DNA of 38,552 bases from the sequence record MN481366.1. One strand, given 5' to 3'. Shown in pieces: positions 18,894 through 29,243 of this stretch; position 1 is the first letter of the stretch, and each line of letters begins with the position of its first letter. Position numbers and translations under genes: made by a program. The DNA is from Escherichia phage vB_EcoP_PHB20. Below the pieces are notes generated by a model, which worked only from the letters and a program-made list of their open reading frames with translations, did no database searches and was not told where the DNA came from.

Positions 18894-20504
18894 ATGGCTG
18901 AGAAGCGTACAGGTCTAGCCGAGGAAGGTGCAAAGTCCGTTTATGACCGATTGAAGAACGACCGCGCTCCTTATGAGACTCGTGCTCAAAACTGCGCTCA
19001 GTACACCATTCCGTCCCTCTTCCCTAAGGAATCCGATAACTCATCCACAGACTACACGACTCCGTGGCAAGCTGTGGGTGCTCGCGGTCTCAATAACTTG
19101 GCCTCTAAGCTCATGTTGGCGCTCTTCCCGATGCAAACGTGGATGAAGCTGACCATCTCTGAGTATGAGGCAAAACAGTTACTGAATGACCCCGATGGAC
19201 TCGCTAAGGTTGATGAGGGTCTATCGATGGTAGAGCGTATCATCATGAACTACATTGAGTCTAACAGTTACCGAGTAACTCTCTTTGAGGCTCTCAAGCA
19301 GTTAGTCGTAGCTGGTAACGTTCTTCTGTATCTACCGGAACCAGAAGGGTCAAACTACAATCCCATGAAGCTGTACCGATTGTCTTCTTATGTGGTCCAA
19401 CGAGACGCATTCGGCAACGTTCTGCAAATGGTGACTCGTGACCAGATAGCTTTTGGTGCTCTCCCTGAGGACATCCGTAAGGCTGTAGAAGGTCAAGGTG
19501 GTGAGAAGAAACCTGATGAGACCATCGACGTGTACACTCACATCTATCTGGATGAGGACAAAGGTGAATACCTCCGGTACGAAGAGGTCGAGGGCATGGA
19601 GGTCCAAGGCTCAGATGGGTCTTACCCTAAAGAGGCTTGCCCATACATCCCGATTCGCATGGTTCGACTGGATGGTGAATCCTATGGTCGTTCGTACATT
19701 GAGGAATACTTAGGCGACTTACGGTCACTTGAGAATCTCCAAGAGGCTATCGTTAAGATGTCAATGATTAGCTCTAAGGTTATCGGCTTAGTGAATCCTG
19801 CTGGTATCACCCAGCCACGCCGACTGACCAAAGCCCAGACTGGTGACTTTGTTACTGGTCGCCCAGAAGACATCTCGTTCCTCCAACTGGAGAAGCAAGC
19901 AGACTTTACGGTAGCCAAGGCTGTCAGTGACGCTATTGAGGCTCGACTTTCGTTTGCCTTTATGTTGAACTCTGCGGTTCAGCGCACAGGTGAACGTGTG
20001 ACCGCCGAAGAGATTCGGTATGTAGCTTCTGAACTTGAAGATACTTTAGGTGGTGTCTACTCAATCCTTTCTCAAGAATTACAATTGCCTCTGGTGCGAG
20101 TGCTCTTGAAGCAACTGCAAGCCACGCAACAGATTCCTGAGTTACCTAAGGAAGCCGTAGAGCCAACCATTAGTACAGGTCTGGAAGCAATTGGTCGAGG
20201 GCAAGACCTTGATAAGCTGGAACGGTGTGTCACTGCGTGGGCTGCGCTGGCTCCCATGCGCGATGACCCTGACATCAACCTTGCAATTATTAAGTTGCGC
20301 ATTGCGAACGCTATCGGTATTGACACTTCTGGTATCCTTCTTACCGAAGAACAGAAGCAACAGAAGATGGCTCAACAGGCTATGCAAATGGGTATGGATA
20401 ACGGTGCTGCTGCGCTTGGTCAAGATATGGCTGCACAGGCTACAGCTTCTCCTGAGGCTATGGCTGCTGCCGCTGATTCCGTAGGTTTACAGACGGGCAT
20501 TTAA
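18894..20504 (+). CDS. 8: Portal / head-tail connector protein (gp8)
   Basis: 536 aa, same length as T7 gp8; aggaggtgacacATG SD. Confidence 0.98.
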   Translation: MAEKRTGLAEEGAKSVYDRLKNDRAPYETRAQNCAQYTIPSLFPKESDNSSTDYTTPWQAVGARGLNNLASKLMLALFPMQTWMKLTISEYEAKQLLNDPDGLAKVDEGLSMVERIIMNYIESNSYRVTLFEALKQLVVAGNVLLYLPEPEGSNYNPMKLYRLSSYVVQRDAFGNVLQMVTRDQIAFGALPEDIRKAVEGQGGEKKPDETIDVYTHIYLDEDKGEYLRYEEVEGMEVQGSDGSYPKEACPYIPIRMVRLDGESYGRSYIEEYLGDLRSLENLQEAIVKMSMISSKVIGLVNPAGITQPRRLTKAQTGDFVTGRPEDISFLQLEKQADFTVAKAVSDAIEARLSFAFMLNSAVQRTGERVTAEEIRYVASELEDTLGGVYSILSQELQLPLVRVLLKQLQATQQIPELPKEAVEPTISTGLEAIGRGQDLDKLERCVTAWAALAPMRDDPDINLAIIKLRIANAIGIDTSGILLTEEQKQQKMAQQAMQMGMDNGAAALGQDMAAQATASPEAMAAAADSVGLQTGI

Positions 20505-20524
20505 TACGACTCACTATAGGGAGA
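20502..20524 (+). promoter_or_regulatory. T7 RNAP promoter phi9
   Basis: taatacgactcactatagggaga overlapping the gene 8 stop; +1 G at 20519. Confidence 0.85.
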
Positions 20525-20603
20525 CCTCATCTTTGAAATGAGCGATGACAAGAGGTTGGAGTCCTCGGTCTTCCTGTAGTTCAACTTTAAGGAGACAATA
20601 ATA

Positions 20604-21527
20604 ATGGCTGAATCTAATGCAGACGTATATGCATCTTTTGGCGTGAACTCCGCTGTGATGTCTGGTGGTTCCGTTGAGGAACATGAGCAGAATATGCTGG
20701 CTCTCGATGTTGCTGCCCGTGATGGCGATGATGCAATCGAGTTAGCGTCCGACGAAGCGGAAACTGAACGTGACCTGTATGACAACTCTGACCCATTCGG
20801 ACAAGAGGACGATGAGGGTCGCATTCAGGTTCGTATTGGTGATGGCTCTGAGCCGACCGATGTGGACGCTGGGGAAGAAGACTTTGAGGGCACAGAAGGT
20901 TCCGAAGAGTTTACCCCGCTGGGTGAGACTCCAGAAGAACTGGTAGCCGCCTCTGAGCAACTTGGTGAGCACGAAGAGGGCTTCCAAGAGATGATTAACA
21001 TTGCTGCCGAGCGTGGCATGAGTGCTGAGACAATTGAGGCTATCCAGCGTGAGTACGAGGAGAACGAAGAGTTGTCCGCTGAGTCCTACGCTAAGCTGGC
21101 TGAAATTGGCTACACGAAGGCTTTCATCGACTCGTACATCCGTGGTCAAGAAGCTCTGGTTGAGCAGTACGTAAACAATGTCATTGAGTACGCTGGTGGT
21201 CGTGAACGTTTTGACGCGCTGTACAATCACCTTGAGACGCACAACCCTGAGGCTGCACAATCGCTGGACAATGCGTTGACCAATCGTGACTTAGCGACCG
21301 TTAAGGCTATCATCAACTTGGCTGGTGAGTCTCGCGCTAAGGCGTTTGGTCGTAAGCCAACTCGTAGTGTGACTAGTCGCGCTATTCCGGCTAAACCTCA
21401 GGCTACCAAGCGTGAAGGCTTTGCGGACCGTAGCGAGATGATTAAAGCTATGAGTGACCCTCGGTATCGCACGGATGCCAATTATCGTCGTCAAGTCGAA
21501 CAGAAAGTAATCGATTCGAACTTCTGA
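20604..21527 (+). CDS. 9: Capsid assembly scaffolding protein (gp9)
   Basis: 307 aa, acidic; MAESNADVYASFGVNSAVMSGGSVEEHEQNMLALD...; T7 gp9-like. Confidence 0.95.
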   Translation: MAESNADVYASFGVNSAVMSGGSVEEHEQNMLALDVAARDGDDAIELASDEAETERDLYDNSDPFGQEDDEGRIQVRIGDGSEPTDVDAGEEDFEGTEGSEEFTPLGETPEELVAASEQLGEHEEGFQEMINIAAERGMSAETIEAIQREYEENEELSAESYAKLAEIGYTKAFIDSYIRGQEALVEQYVNNVIEYAGGRERFDALYNHLETHNPEAAQSLDNALTNRDLATVKAIINLAGESRAKAFGRKPTRSVTSRAIPAKPQATKREGFADRSEMIKAMSDPRYRTDANYRRQVEQKVIDSNF

Positions 21528-21540
21528 TAGGCTCTGAAAT

Positions 21541-21563
21541 TAATACGACTCACTATAGGGAGA
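21541..21563 (+). promoter_or_regulatory. T7 RNAP promoter phi10 (major capsid promoter)
   Basis: taatacgactcactatagggagaccacaacggtttccctctagaaat...aagaaggaga; +1 G at 21558. Confidence 0.9.
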
Positions 21564-21621
21564 CCACAACGGTTTCCCTCTAGAAATCATTCTTGTTTAA
21601 CTTTAAGAAGGAGACATATAT

Positions 21622-22653
21622 ATGGCTAACATGACTGGTGGACAGCAACTGGGTACTAACCAAGGTAAAGGCGCAAGCGGTTCTGATAAACTGGCGTTGT
21701 TCTTGAAGGTATTTGGTGGTGAAGTCCTGACCGCATTCGCTCGCACCTCTGTGACCACTTCCCGCCACATGGTCCGTACCATCTCCAGTGGTAAATCCGC
21801 TCAGTTCCCTGTTCTGGGTCGTACTCAGGCAGCGTATCTGGCTCCGGGTGAGAACCTCGATGATAAACGTAAAGACATCAAACACACCGAGAAGGTAATC
21901 ACCATTGACGGTCTCCTGACGGCTGACGTTCTGATTTACGATATTGAGGACGCGATGAACCACTACGACGTTCGCTCCGAGTACACCTCTCAGTTAGGTG
22001 AATCTCTGGCGATGGCTGCTGATGGTGCGGTTCTGGCTGAGATTGCAGGCTTGTGTAACTTGTCGAGCACCTCTGATGAGAACATTGCAGGTCTAGGCTC
22101 TGCCACTGTGATTGAGACAACTCAGGCCAAGTCTGTAATCACCGACCAAGTTGCTCTGGGTAAGGAGATTATTGCAGCTCTGACCAAGGCTCGCGCTGCT
22201 CTGACCAAGAACTATGTTCCGGCTGCTGACCGTGTGTTCTACTGCAACCCTGATAGCTACTCTGCGATTCTGGCAGCACTGATGCCTAACGCGGCAAACT
22301 ACGCTGCTCTGATTGACCCTGAGAAGGGTTCTATCCGCAACGTCATGGGCTTTGAGGTTGTAGAGGTCCCACACCTCACCGCTGGCGGCGCTGGCACTAC
22401 TCGTGAGGATGCTACGGGCCAGAAGCACGCCTTCCCAGCTACTGCGAGTGGTGACGACAAGGTTGCCAAGGACAACGTTATCGGCCTGTTCATGCACCGC
22501 TCTGCGGTAGGTACTGTTAAACTGCGTGACTTGGCTCTGGAGCGTGCTCGCCGTGCTAACTTCCAAGCTGACCAGATTATCGCTAAGTACGCGATGGGTC
22601 ACGGTGGTCTGCGCCCAGAAGCTGCTGGTGCGGTGGTTTTCGCGGCGGAGTAA
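21622..22653 (+). CDS. 10A: Major capsid protein gp10A
   Basis: 343 aa MANMTGGQQLGTNQGKG...; near-identical to T7 gp10A as recalled. Confidence 0.98.
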   Translation: MANMTGGQQLGTNQGKGASGSDKLALFLKVFGGEVLTAFARTSVTTSRHMVRTISSGKSAQFPVLGRTQAAYLAPGENLDDKRKDIKHTEKVITIDGLLTADVLIYDIEDAMNHYDVRSEYTSQLGESLAMAADGAVLAEIAGLCNLSSTSDENIAGLGSATVIETTQAKSVITDQVALGKEIIAALTKARAALTKNYVPAADRVFYCNPDSYSAILAALMPNAANYAALIDPEKGSIRNVMGFEVVEVPHLTAGGAGTTREDATGQKHAFPATASGDDKVAKDNVIGLFMHRSAVGTVKLRDLALERARRANFQADQIIAKYAMGHGGLRPEAAGAVVFAAE

Positions 22654-22814
22654 TGCTGGAAGTGGCCTCAACGGTCGCTGCTAGTCCCGAAGAGGTGAGT
22701 GTTACTTCACTCCAAGAGACCTTAACGCCAGCACAGAAGGCCGCACGCACACGCGCTGCTAACAAAGCCCGAAAGGAAGCTGAGTTGGCTGCTGCTGCCG
22801 CCGCTGAGCAATAA
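21622..22814 (+). CDS. 10B: Minor capsid protein gp10B via -1 ribosomal frameshift near the 3' end of 10A
   Basis: Slippery G GTT TTC at 22635-22641; the -1 frame stays open and encodes ...AARTRAANKARKEAELAAAAAEQ to TAA 22812-22814, like the T7 10B extension. Confidence 0.6.
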
Positions 22815-22862
22815 CTAGCATAACCCCTTGGGGCCTCTAAACGGGTCTTGAGGGGTTTTTTG
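22815..22862 (+). terminator. T7 RNAP terminator Tphi
   Basis: ctagcataaccccttggggcctctaaacgggtcttgaggggttttttg; the canonical Tphi hairpin plus U-run. Confidence 0.9.
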
Positions 22863-22879
22863 CTTAAAGGAGGAACTAT

Positions 22880-23470
22880 ATGAGCTCTTACGATATGAAC
22901 GTTGAGACTGCCGCTGAGTTATCCGCTGTGAACGACATTCTGGCATCTATCGGTGAACCTCCGGTATCAACGCTGGAAGGTGACTCTAACGCAGACGTAG
23001 CGAACGCTCGGCGTATTCTCAATAAGATTAACAGACAGATTCAGTCTCGTGGGTGGACGTTCAACATTGAGGAAGGCATAACGCTATTACCTGATGTTTA
23101 CTCCAACCTGATTGTATACAGTGATGATTATTTGTCCCTAATGGCTACTTCCGGTCAATCCGTCTACGTTAACCGAGGTGGCTATGTGTATGACCGAACG
23201 AGCCAGACAGACCGCTTTGACTCTGGCATTACCGTGAACATTATTCGCCTTCGTGACTACGATGAGATGCCTGAGTGCTTCCGCTACTGGATTGTCACTA
23301 AGGCTTCCCGTCGGTTCAACAACCGATTCTTTGGGGCACCAGAAGTAGAAGGTGTACTCCAAGAAGAGGAAGATGAAGCTCGACGTCTCTGTATGGAGTA
23401 CGAAGTGGACTATGGCGGGTATAACATGCTGGATGGCGATGCGTTCACTTCTGGTCTACTGACTCGCTAA
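22880..23470 (+). CDS. 11: Tail tubular protein A (gp11)
   Basis: 196 aa, same length and position as T7 gp11. Confidence 0.95.
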   Translation: MSSYDMNVETAAELSAVNDILASIGEPPVSTLEGDSNADVANARRILNKINRQIQSRGWTFNIEEGITLLPDVYSNLIVYSDDYLSLMATSGQSVYVNRGGYVYDRTSQTDRFDSGITVNIIRLRDYDEMPECFRYWIVTKASRRFNNRFFGAPEVEGVLQEEEDEARRLCMEYEVDYGGYNMLDGDAFTSGLLTR

Positions 23471-23491
23471 TTAATAAATAAGGAGGCTCTA

Positions 23492-25876
23492 ATGGCGCTC
23501 ATTAGCCAATCAATCAAGAACTTGAAGGGTGGTATCAGCCAACAGCCTGACATCCTTCGTTATCCAGACCAAGGGTCACGCCAAGTTAACGGTTGGTCTT
23601 CGGAGACCGAGGGCCTCCAAAAGCGTCCACCAATGGTTTTCATTAAGACACTTGGAGACAGAGGTGCGTTAGGTCAAGCTCCGTACATCCACCTGATTAA
23701 CCGTGATGAGAACGAACAGTATTACGCTGTGTTCACTGGTAATGGAATCCGTGTGTTTGACCTTGCTGGTAATGAGAAGCAAGTTAGGTATCCTAACGGT
23801 TCCGACTACATCAAGACCTCTAATCCACGTAACGACCTGCGAATGGTTACTGTAGCAGACTACACGTTCGTCGTTAACCGTAACGTTGTTGTACAGAAGA
23901 ACACAACGTCTGTAAACTTACCGAATTACAACCCTAAGCGAGACGGATTGATTAACGTCCGTGGTGGTCAATACGGCAGGGAACTAATTGTACACATTAA
24001 CGGTAGAGATGTTGCGAAGTATAAAATCCCAGATGGTAGTCAACCGGCACACGTAAACAATACGGATGCCCAATGGTTAGCCGAAGAGTTAGCCAAGCAA
24101 ATGCGCACTAACTTGTCTGGTTGGGCTGTAAATGTGGGGCAAGGGTTCATACATGTGGCAGCACCTAGCGGTCAACAGATTGACTCCTTCACGACTAAAG
24201 ATGGCTACGCAGACCAGTTGATTAACCCTGTGACCCACTACGCTCAGTCGTTCTCTAAGTTGCCACCTAATGCTCCTAACGGCTACATGGTGAAAGTCGT
24301 AGGGGACGCATCTAGGTCTGCCGACCAGTATTATGTTCGGTATGACGCTGAGCGGAAAGTTTGGGTTGAGACTTTGGGTTGGAACACTGAGGACCAAGTA
24401 CGATGGGAAACAATGCCACACGCTCTTGTGCGAGCCGCTGACGGTAATTTCGACTTCAAGTGGCTTGAGTGGTCTCCTAAGTCTTGTGGCGACATTGACA
24501 CCAACCCTTGGCCTTCTTTTGTTGGTTCAAGTATTAACGATGTGTTCTTCTTCCGTAACCGCTTAGGATTACTTAGTGGTGAGAACATCATATTGAGCCG
24601 TACAACCAAATACTTCAACTTCTACCCTGCGTCCGTTGCGAACCTTAGCGATGACGACCCTATAGACGTAGCTGTGAGTACCAACCGAATAGCAGTCCTT
24701 AAGTACGCCGTTCCGTTCTCAGAAGAGTTACTCATCTGGTCCGATGAAGCACAATTCGTCCTGACCGCTTCTGGCACTCTCACGTCGAAGTCGGTTGAGT
24801 TGAACCTAACGACTCAGTTTGACGTACAGGACCGAGCGAGACCTTATGGTATTGGGCGTAATGTCTACTTTGCTAGTCCGAGGTCCAGCTACACGTCCAT
24901 CCACAGGTACTACGCTGTGCAGGACGTAAGTTCCGTTAAGAACGCGGAGGACATCACAGCACACGTTCCTAACTACATCCCAAACGGTGTGTTTAGTATT
25001 TGTGGTAGTGGTACTGAAAACTTCTGTTCGGTACTATCTCAAGGGGACCCTAGCAAAATCTTCATGTACAAATTCCTGTACCTGAACGAAGAGTTAAGAC
25101 AACAGTCGTGGTCTCACTGGGACTTTGGGGAAAACGTGCAGGTTCTAGCTTGTCAGAGTATCAGCTCAGGTATGTACGTGATTCTTCGTAATGAGTTCAA
25201 TACGTTCCTAACTAAAATCGCTTTCACTAAGAACGCCATTGATTTACAAGGCGAACCTTACCGTGCCTTTATGGATATGAAGATTCGCTATACGATTCCT
25301 AGTGGAACATACAACGATGACAACTTCACTACCTCGATTCACCTACCAACAATCTATGGTGCAAACTTCGGGAGGGGCAAAATCACTATACTGGAGCCTG
25401 ACGGCAAGATAACTGTATTTGGGCAGCCTACTGCTGGGTGGAAAAGCGACCCTTGGCTGAGACTCGACGGTAACTTAGAGGGACGAATGGTATACATTGG
25501 GTTCAACATTGACTTCGTATACGAGTTCTCTAAGTTCCTCATCAAGCAAACTGCTGATGATGGGTCTACCTCCACGGAAGACATTGGGCGCTTGCAGTTA
25601 CGCCGAGCGTGGGTGAACTATGAGAACTCTGGCGCGTTCAATATTTATGTTGAGAACCAATCGTCCAACTGGAAGTACGCAATGGCTGGTGCTCGCTTAG
25701 GCTCTAACACGCTGAGGGCTGGGCGATTGAACTTAGGGACCGGACAATTCCGATTCCCTGTGGTTGGTAACGCCAAGTTCAATACCGTGTCCATCTTGTC
25801 TGATGAGACTACCCCATTGAACATCATTGGGTGTGGCTGGGAAGGTAACTACTTACGGAGAAGTTCCGGTATTTAA
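23492..25876 (+). CDS. 12: Tail tubular protein B (gp12)
   Basis: 794 aa, same length and position as T7 gp12. Confidence 0.95.
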   Translation: MALISQSIKNLKGGISQQPDILRYPDQGSRQVNGWSSETEGLQKRPPMVFIKTLGDRGALGQAPYIHLINRDENEQYYAVFTGNGIRVFDLAGNEKQVRYPNGSDYIKTSNPRNDLRMVTVADYTFVVNRNVVVQKNTTSVNLPNYNPKRDGLINVRGGQYGRELIVHINGRDVAKYKIPDGSQPAHVNNTDAQWLAEELAKQMRTNLSGWAVNVGQGFIHVAAPSGQQIDSFTTKDGYADQLINPVTHYAQSFSKLPPNAPNGYMVKVVGDASRSADQYYVRYDAERKVWVETLGWNTEDQVRWETMPHALVRAADGNFDFKWLEWSPKSCGDIDTNPWPSFVGSSINDVFFFRNRLGLLSGENIILSRTTKYFNFYPASVANLSDDDPIDVAVSTNRIAVLKYAVPFSEELLIWSDEAQFVLTASGTLTSKSVELNLTTQFDVQDRARPYGIGRNVYFASPRSSYTSIHRYYAVQDVSSVKNAEDITAHVPNYIPNGVFSICGSGTENFCSVLSQGDPSKIFMYKFLYLNEELRQQSWSHWDFGENVQVLACQSISSGMYVILRNEFNTFLTKIAFTKNAIDLQGEPYRAFMDMKIRYTIPSGTYNDDNFTTSIHLPTIYGANFGRGKITILEPDGKITVFGQPTAGWKSDPWLRLDGNLEGRMVYIGFNIDFVYEFSKFLIKQTADDGSTSTEDIGRLQLRRAWVNYENSGAFNIYVENQSSNWKYAMAGARLGSNTLRAGRLNLGTGQFRFPVVGNAKFNTVSILSDETTPLNIIGCGWEGNYLRRSSGI

Positions 25877-25906
25877 CTGAATGTTCTCCCTGTGGTGGCT
25901 CGAAAT

Positions 25907-25929
25907 TAATACGACTCACTATAGGGAGA
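25907..25929 (+). promoter_or_regulatory. T7 RNAP promoter phi13
   Basis: taatacgactcactatagggaga; +1 G at 25924. Confidence 0.85.
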
Positions 25930-25956
25930 ACAATACGACTACGGGAGGGTTTTCTT

Positions 25957-26373
25957 ATGATGATTATAAGACCTACTAAAAGTACAGACTTTGAGGTATT
26001 CACTCCGGCTCACCATGACATTCTTGAAGCTAAGGCTGCTGGTATTGAGCCGAGTTTCCCTGATGCTTCCGAGTGTGTCACGTTGAGCCTCTATGGGTTC
26101 CCTCTAGCTATCGGTGGTAACTGTGGGGACCAATGCTGGTTTGTTACGAGTGACCAAGTGTGGCGACTTAGTGGAAAAGCTAAGCGAGAGTTCCGTAAGT
26201 TAATCATGGAGTATCGCGATAAGATGCTTGAGAAGTATGATACTCTTTGGAATTACGTATGGGTAGGTAATACGTCCCACATTCGTTTCCTCAAGACTAT
26301 CGGTGCGGTATTCCATGAAGAGTACACACGAGATGGTCAATTTCAATTATTCACAATAACGAAAGGAGGGTGA
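25957..26373 (+). CDS. 13: Internal virion protein gp13
   Basis: 138 aa MMIIRPTKSTDFEVFTPAHHDILEAKAAGIEPSFPD...; T7 gp13-like. Confidence 0.9.
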   Translation: MMIIRPTKSTDFEVFTPAHHDILEAKAAGIEPSFPDASECVTLSLYGFPLAIGGNCGDQCWFVTSDQVWRLSGKAKREFRKLIMEYRDKMLEKYDTLWNYVWVGNTSHIRFLKTIGAVFHEEYTRDGQFQLFTITKGG

Positions 26374-26376
26374 TTT

Positions 26377-26967
26377 ATGTGTTGGGCAGCCGCAATCCCT
26401 ATCGCTATAGCTGGCGCTCAGGCCGTAGGCAGTCAGAACGCTCAAGCTAAAATGATTGCCTCACAGACAGCCGCTGGTCGCCGTCAAGCATTTGAACTTA
26501 TGAAGCAGACGAACATCCAGAATGCTGACCTATCGTTGCAAGCTAGGAGTCGCCTTGAGGAAGCGTCCTCTGAGTTGACCCCTCAGAACATGCAGAAGGT
26601 TCAGGCTATGGGGTCAATCCGAGCGGCTATCGGAGAGAGTATGCTTGAAGGTGCCTCAATGGACCGCATTAAGCGGGTCACCGAGGGCCAGTTCATTCGG
26701 GAAGCCAATATGGTAACTGAGAACTATCGCCGAGATTATCAAGCAATCTTCGCACAGCAACTTGGTGGTACTCAAAGTGCTGCAAGCCAGATTGACGAAA
26801 TCTATAAGGGCGAACAGAAACAGAAGAGTAAGCTACAGATGGTTCTTGACCCGCTGGCTATAATGGGGTCTGCCACTGCGAGTGCTTACGCATCCGGCGC
26901 GTTCGACTCTAAGTCAACAAATAAGGCACCTATTGTTGCCGCTAAAGGAACCAAGACGGGGAGGTAA
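26377..26967 (+). CDS. 14: Internal virion (ejectosome) protein gp14
   Basis: 196 aa MCWAAAIPIAIAGAQA...; T7 gp14-like. Confidence 0.9.
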   Translation: MCWAAAIPIAIAGAQAVGSQNAQAKMIASQTAAGRRQAFELMKQTNIQNADLSLQARSRLEEASSELTPQNMQKVQAMGSIRAAIGESMLEGASMDRIKRVTEGQFIREANMVTENYRRDYQAIFAQQLGGTQSAASQIDEIYKGEQKQKSKLQMVLDPLAIMGSATASAYASGAFDSKSTNKAPIVAAKGTKTGR

Positions 26968-26973
26968 TGAACT

Positions 26974-29217
26974 ATGAGTAAGATTGAATCTGCCCTCCAA
27001 GCGGTACAACCGGGACTCTCGCGGTTACGCGGTGGTACTGGTGGTATGGGCTATCGCGCGGCGACAACTTATGCTGAACAGCCAAAGTCCAGCCTATTGG
27101 ACACCATTGGTCGGTTCGCTAAGGCTGGTGCTGATATGTACGCCGCTAAGGAGCAACGAGCACGCGACCTAGCTGACGAACGCTCAAACGAGATTATCCG
27201 TAAGTTGACCCCTGAGCAACGCCGAGCGGCCCTCAACAACGGAACCCTTCTGTATCAGGATGACCCATACGCTATGGAAGCACTACGAGTCAAGACTGGT
27301 CGTAACGCTGCGTACCTTGTGGACGATGACGTTATGCAGAAGATTAAAGAGGGTGTCTTCCGTACTCGCGAAGAGATGGAAGAGTATCGCCATAGTCGTC
27401 TTCAAGAGGGCGCTAAGGCATACTCTGAGCAGTTCGGGATTGACCCTGATGACGTTGATTATCAGCGTGGGTTCAATGGGGACATCACCGAGCGTAACAT
27501 CTCACTGTATGGGGCACATGATAGCTTCTTGAGCCAGCAAGCCCAGAAGGGTGCCATCATTAACAGCCGAGTGGAACTAAACGGTGTCCTTCAAGACCCT
27601 GATATGCTTCGCCGCCCAGACTCTGCTGACTTCTTTGAGAAGTACATCGACAACGGTCTGGTCACTGGGGCAATCCCATCGGACGCTCAAGCCACACAGC
27701 TTATAAGCCAAGCGTTCAGTGACGCTTCTAGCCGTGCTGGTGGTGCTGACTTCCTGATGCGAGTCGGTGACAAGAAGGTAACACTTAACGGTGCCACTAC
27801 GACTTACCGAGAGTTAATGGGTGAAGAACAGTGGAATGCTCTCATGGTCACAGCGCAACGTTCTCAGTTTGAGAATGACGCTAAGATGAACGAGCAGTAT
27901 CGCTTGAAGATTAACTCTGCGCTGAACCAAGAGGACCCTCGTACTGCGTGGGAGATGCTTCAAGGCATCAAAGCTGAACTCGATAAGGTGCAACCTGATG
28001 AGCAGATGACACCGCAACGTGAGTGGCTAATCTCAGCACAGGAGCAAGTTCAGAATCAGATGAACGCATGGACGAAAGCTCAGGCCAAGGCTCTGGATGA
28101 CTCTATGAAGTCAATGAACAAACTTGACGTAATCGACAAGCAATTCCAGAAGCGAATTAACGGTGAGTGGGTCTCAACGGACCTTAAGGACATGCCAGTC
28201 AACGAGAACACTGATGAGTTCAAGCATAGCGATATGGTAAACTACGCCAATAAGAAGCTCGCTGAGATTGACCGTATGGACATTCCAGATGCTACCAAGG
28301 ACATGATGAAGTTGAAATACCTTCAAGCGGACTCTAAGGACGGTGCATTCCGTACAGCAATCGGGACTATGGTGACTGACGCTAGTCAAGAGTGGTCTGC
28401 CGCTGTGATTAACGGCAAGTTGCCAGAACGAACTCCAGCTTTGGATGCTCTACGCAGAATCCGTAATGCCGACCCTCAGTTGATTGCTGCGCTGTACCCA
28501 GACCAAGCTGAGCTATTCCTGACTATGGACATGATGGACAGGCAGGGCATTGACCCTCAGGTTATTCTTGATGCTGACCGACTGACTGCCAAACGTTCCA
28601 AAGAGCAACGCTTCGAGGACGATAAGGCGTTCGAGTCTGCACTGAATAGCTCTACGGCTCCTGAGATTGCCCGTATGCCAGCGTCACTTCGTGAATCTGC
28701 ACGTAAGATTTATGACTCCGTTAAGTACCGCTCAGGTAACGAAAGCATGGCTATGGAGCAGATGACCAAGTTCCTTAAGGAATCTACCTACACGTTCACT
28801 GGTGACGATGTTGACGGTGACACCGTTGGTGTAATTCCGAAGAACCTGATGCAAGTCAACTCTGACCCAAAATCGTGGGAGCAAGGTCGTGATATTCTGG
28901 AGGAAGCACGCAAGGGAATCATCGCGAACAACGAGTGGATAACCAACAAGCAACTGACCATGTATTCTCAAGGTGACTCAATTTACCTTATGGATACCAC
29001 TGGTCAAGTCCGAGTCCGGTACGACAAAGAGTTGCTATCGAAGGTCTGGAGCGATAACCAGAGGAAGCTCGAAGAGAAAGCTCGTGAGAAGGCACTGGCA
29101 GACGCGAACAAGCGAGCACCTATAGTTGCCGCTAAGAAAGCCCGTGAAGCTGGGGCCAGACGAGCGCGAGAGAAACGTAAACAGGCTCCTAAGTTCATCT
29201 ACGGACGTAAGGAGTAA
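26974..29217 (+). CDS. 15: Internal virion (core) protein gp15
   Basis: 747 aa, same length and position as T7 gp15. Confidence 0.95.
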   Translation: MSKIESALQAVQPGLSRLRGGTGGMGYRAATTYAEQPKSSLLDTIGRFAKAGADMYAAKEQRARDLADERSNEIIRKLTPEQRRAALNNGTLLYQDDPYAMEALRVKTGRNAAYLVDDDVMQKIKEGVFRTREEMEEYRHSRLQEGAKAYSEQFGIDPDDVDYQRGFNGDITERNISLYGAHDSFLSQQAQKGAIINSRVELNGVLQDPDMLRRPDSADFFEKYIDNGLVTGAIPSDAQATQLISQAFSDASSRAGGADFLMRVGDKKVTLNGATTTYRELMGEEQWNALMVTAQRSQFENDAKMNEQYRLKINSALNQEDPRTAWEMLQGIKAELDKVQPDEQMTPQREWLISAQEQVQNQMNAWTKAQAKALDDSMKSMNKLDVIDKQFQKRINGEWVSTDLKDMPVNENTDEFKHSDMVNYANKKLAEIDRMDIPDATKDMMKLKYLQADSKDGAFRTAIGTMVTDASQEWSAAVINGKLPERTPALDALRRIRNADPQLIAALYPDQAELFLTMDMMDRQGIDPQVILDADRLTAKRSKEQRFEDDKAFESALNSSTAPEIARMPASLRESARKIYDSVKYRSGNESMAMEQMTKFLKESTYTFTGDDVDGDTVGVIPKNLMQVNSDPKSWEQGRDILEEARKGIIANNEWITNKQLTMYSQGDSIYLMDTTGQVRVRYDKELLSKVWSDNQRKLEEKAREKALADANKRAPIVAAKKAREAGARRAREKRKQAPKFIYGRKE

Positions 29218-29243
29218 CTAAAGGCTACATAAGGAGGCCCTAA

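Noticed and set aside
18382-18933. 183-aa minus-strand ORF (also 9306..9836, 20742..21260, 22093..22671, 1528..2037 and the other minus-strand ORFs in the track)
   Set aside because: All overlap well-supported plus-strand genes; T7-group genomes are transcribed only left to right and these ORFs have no promoter or SD support.
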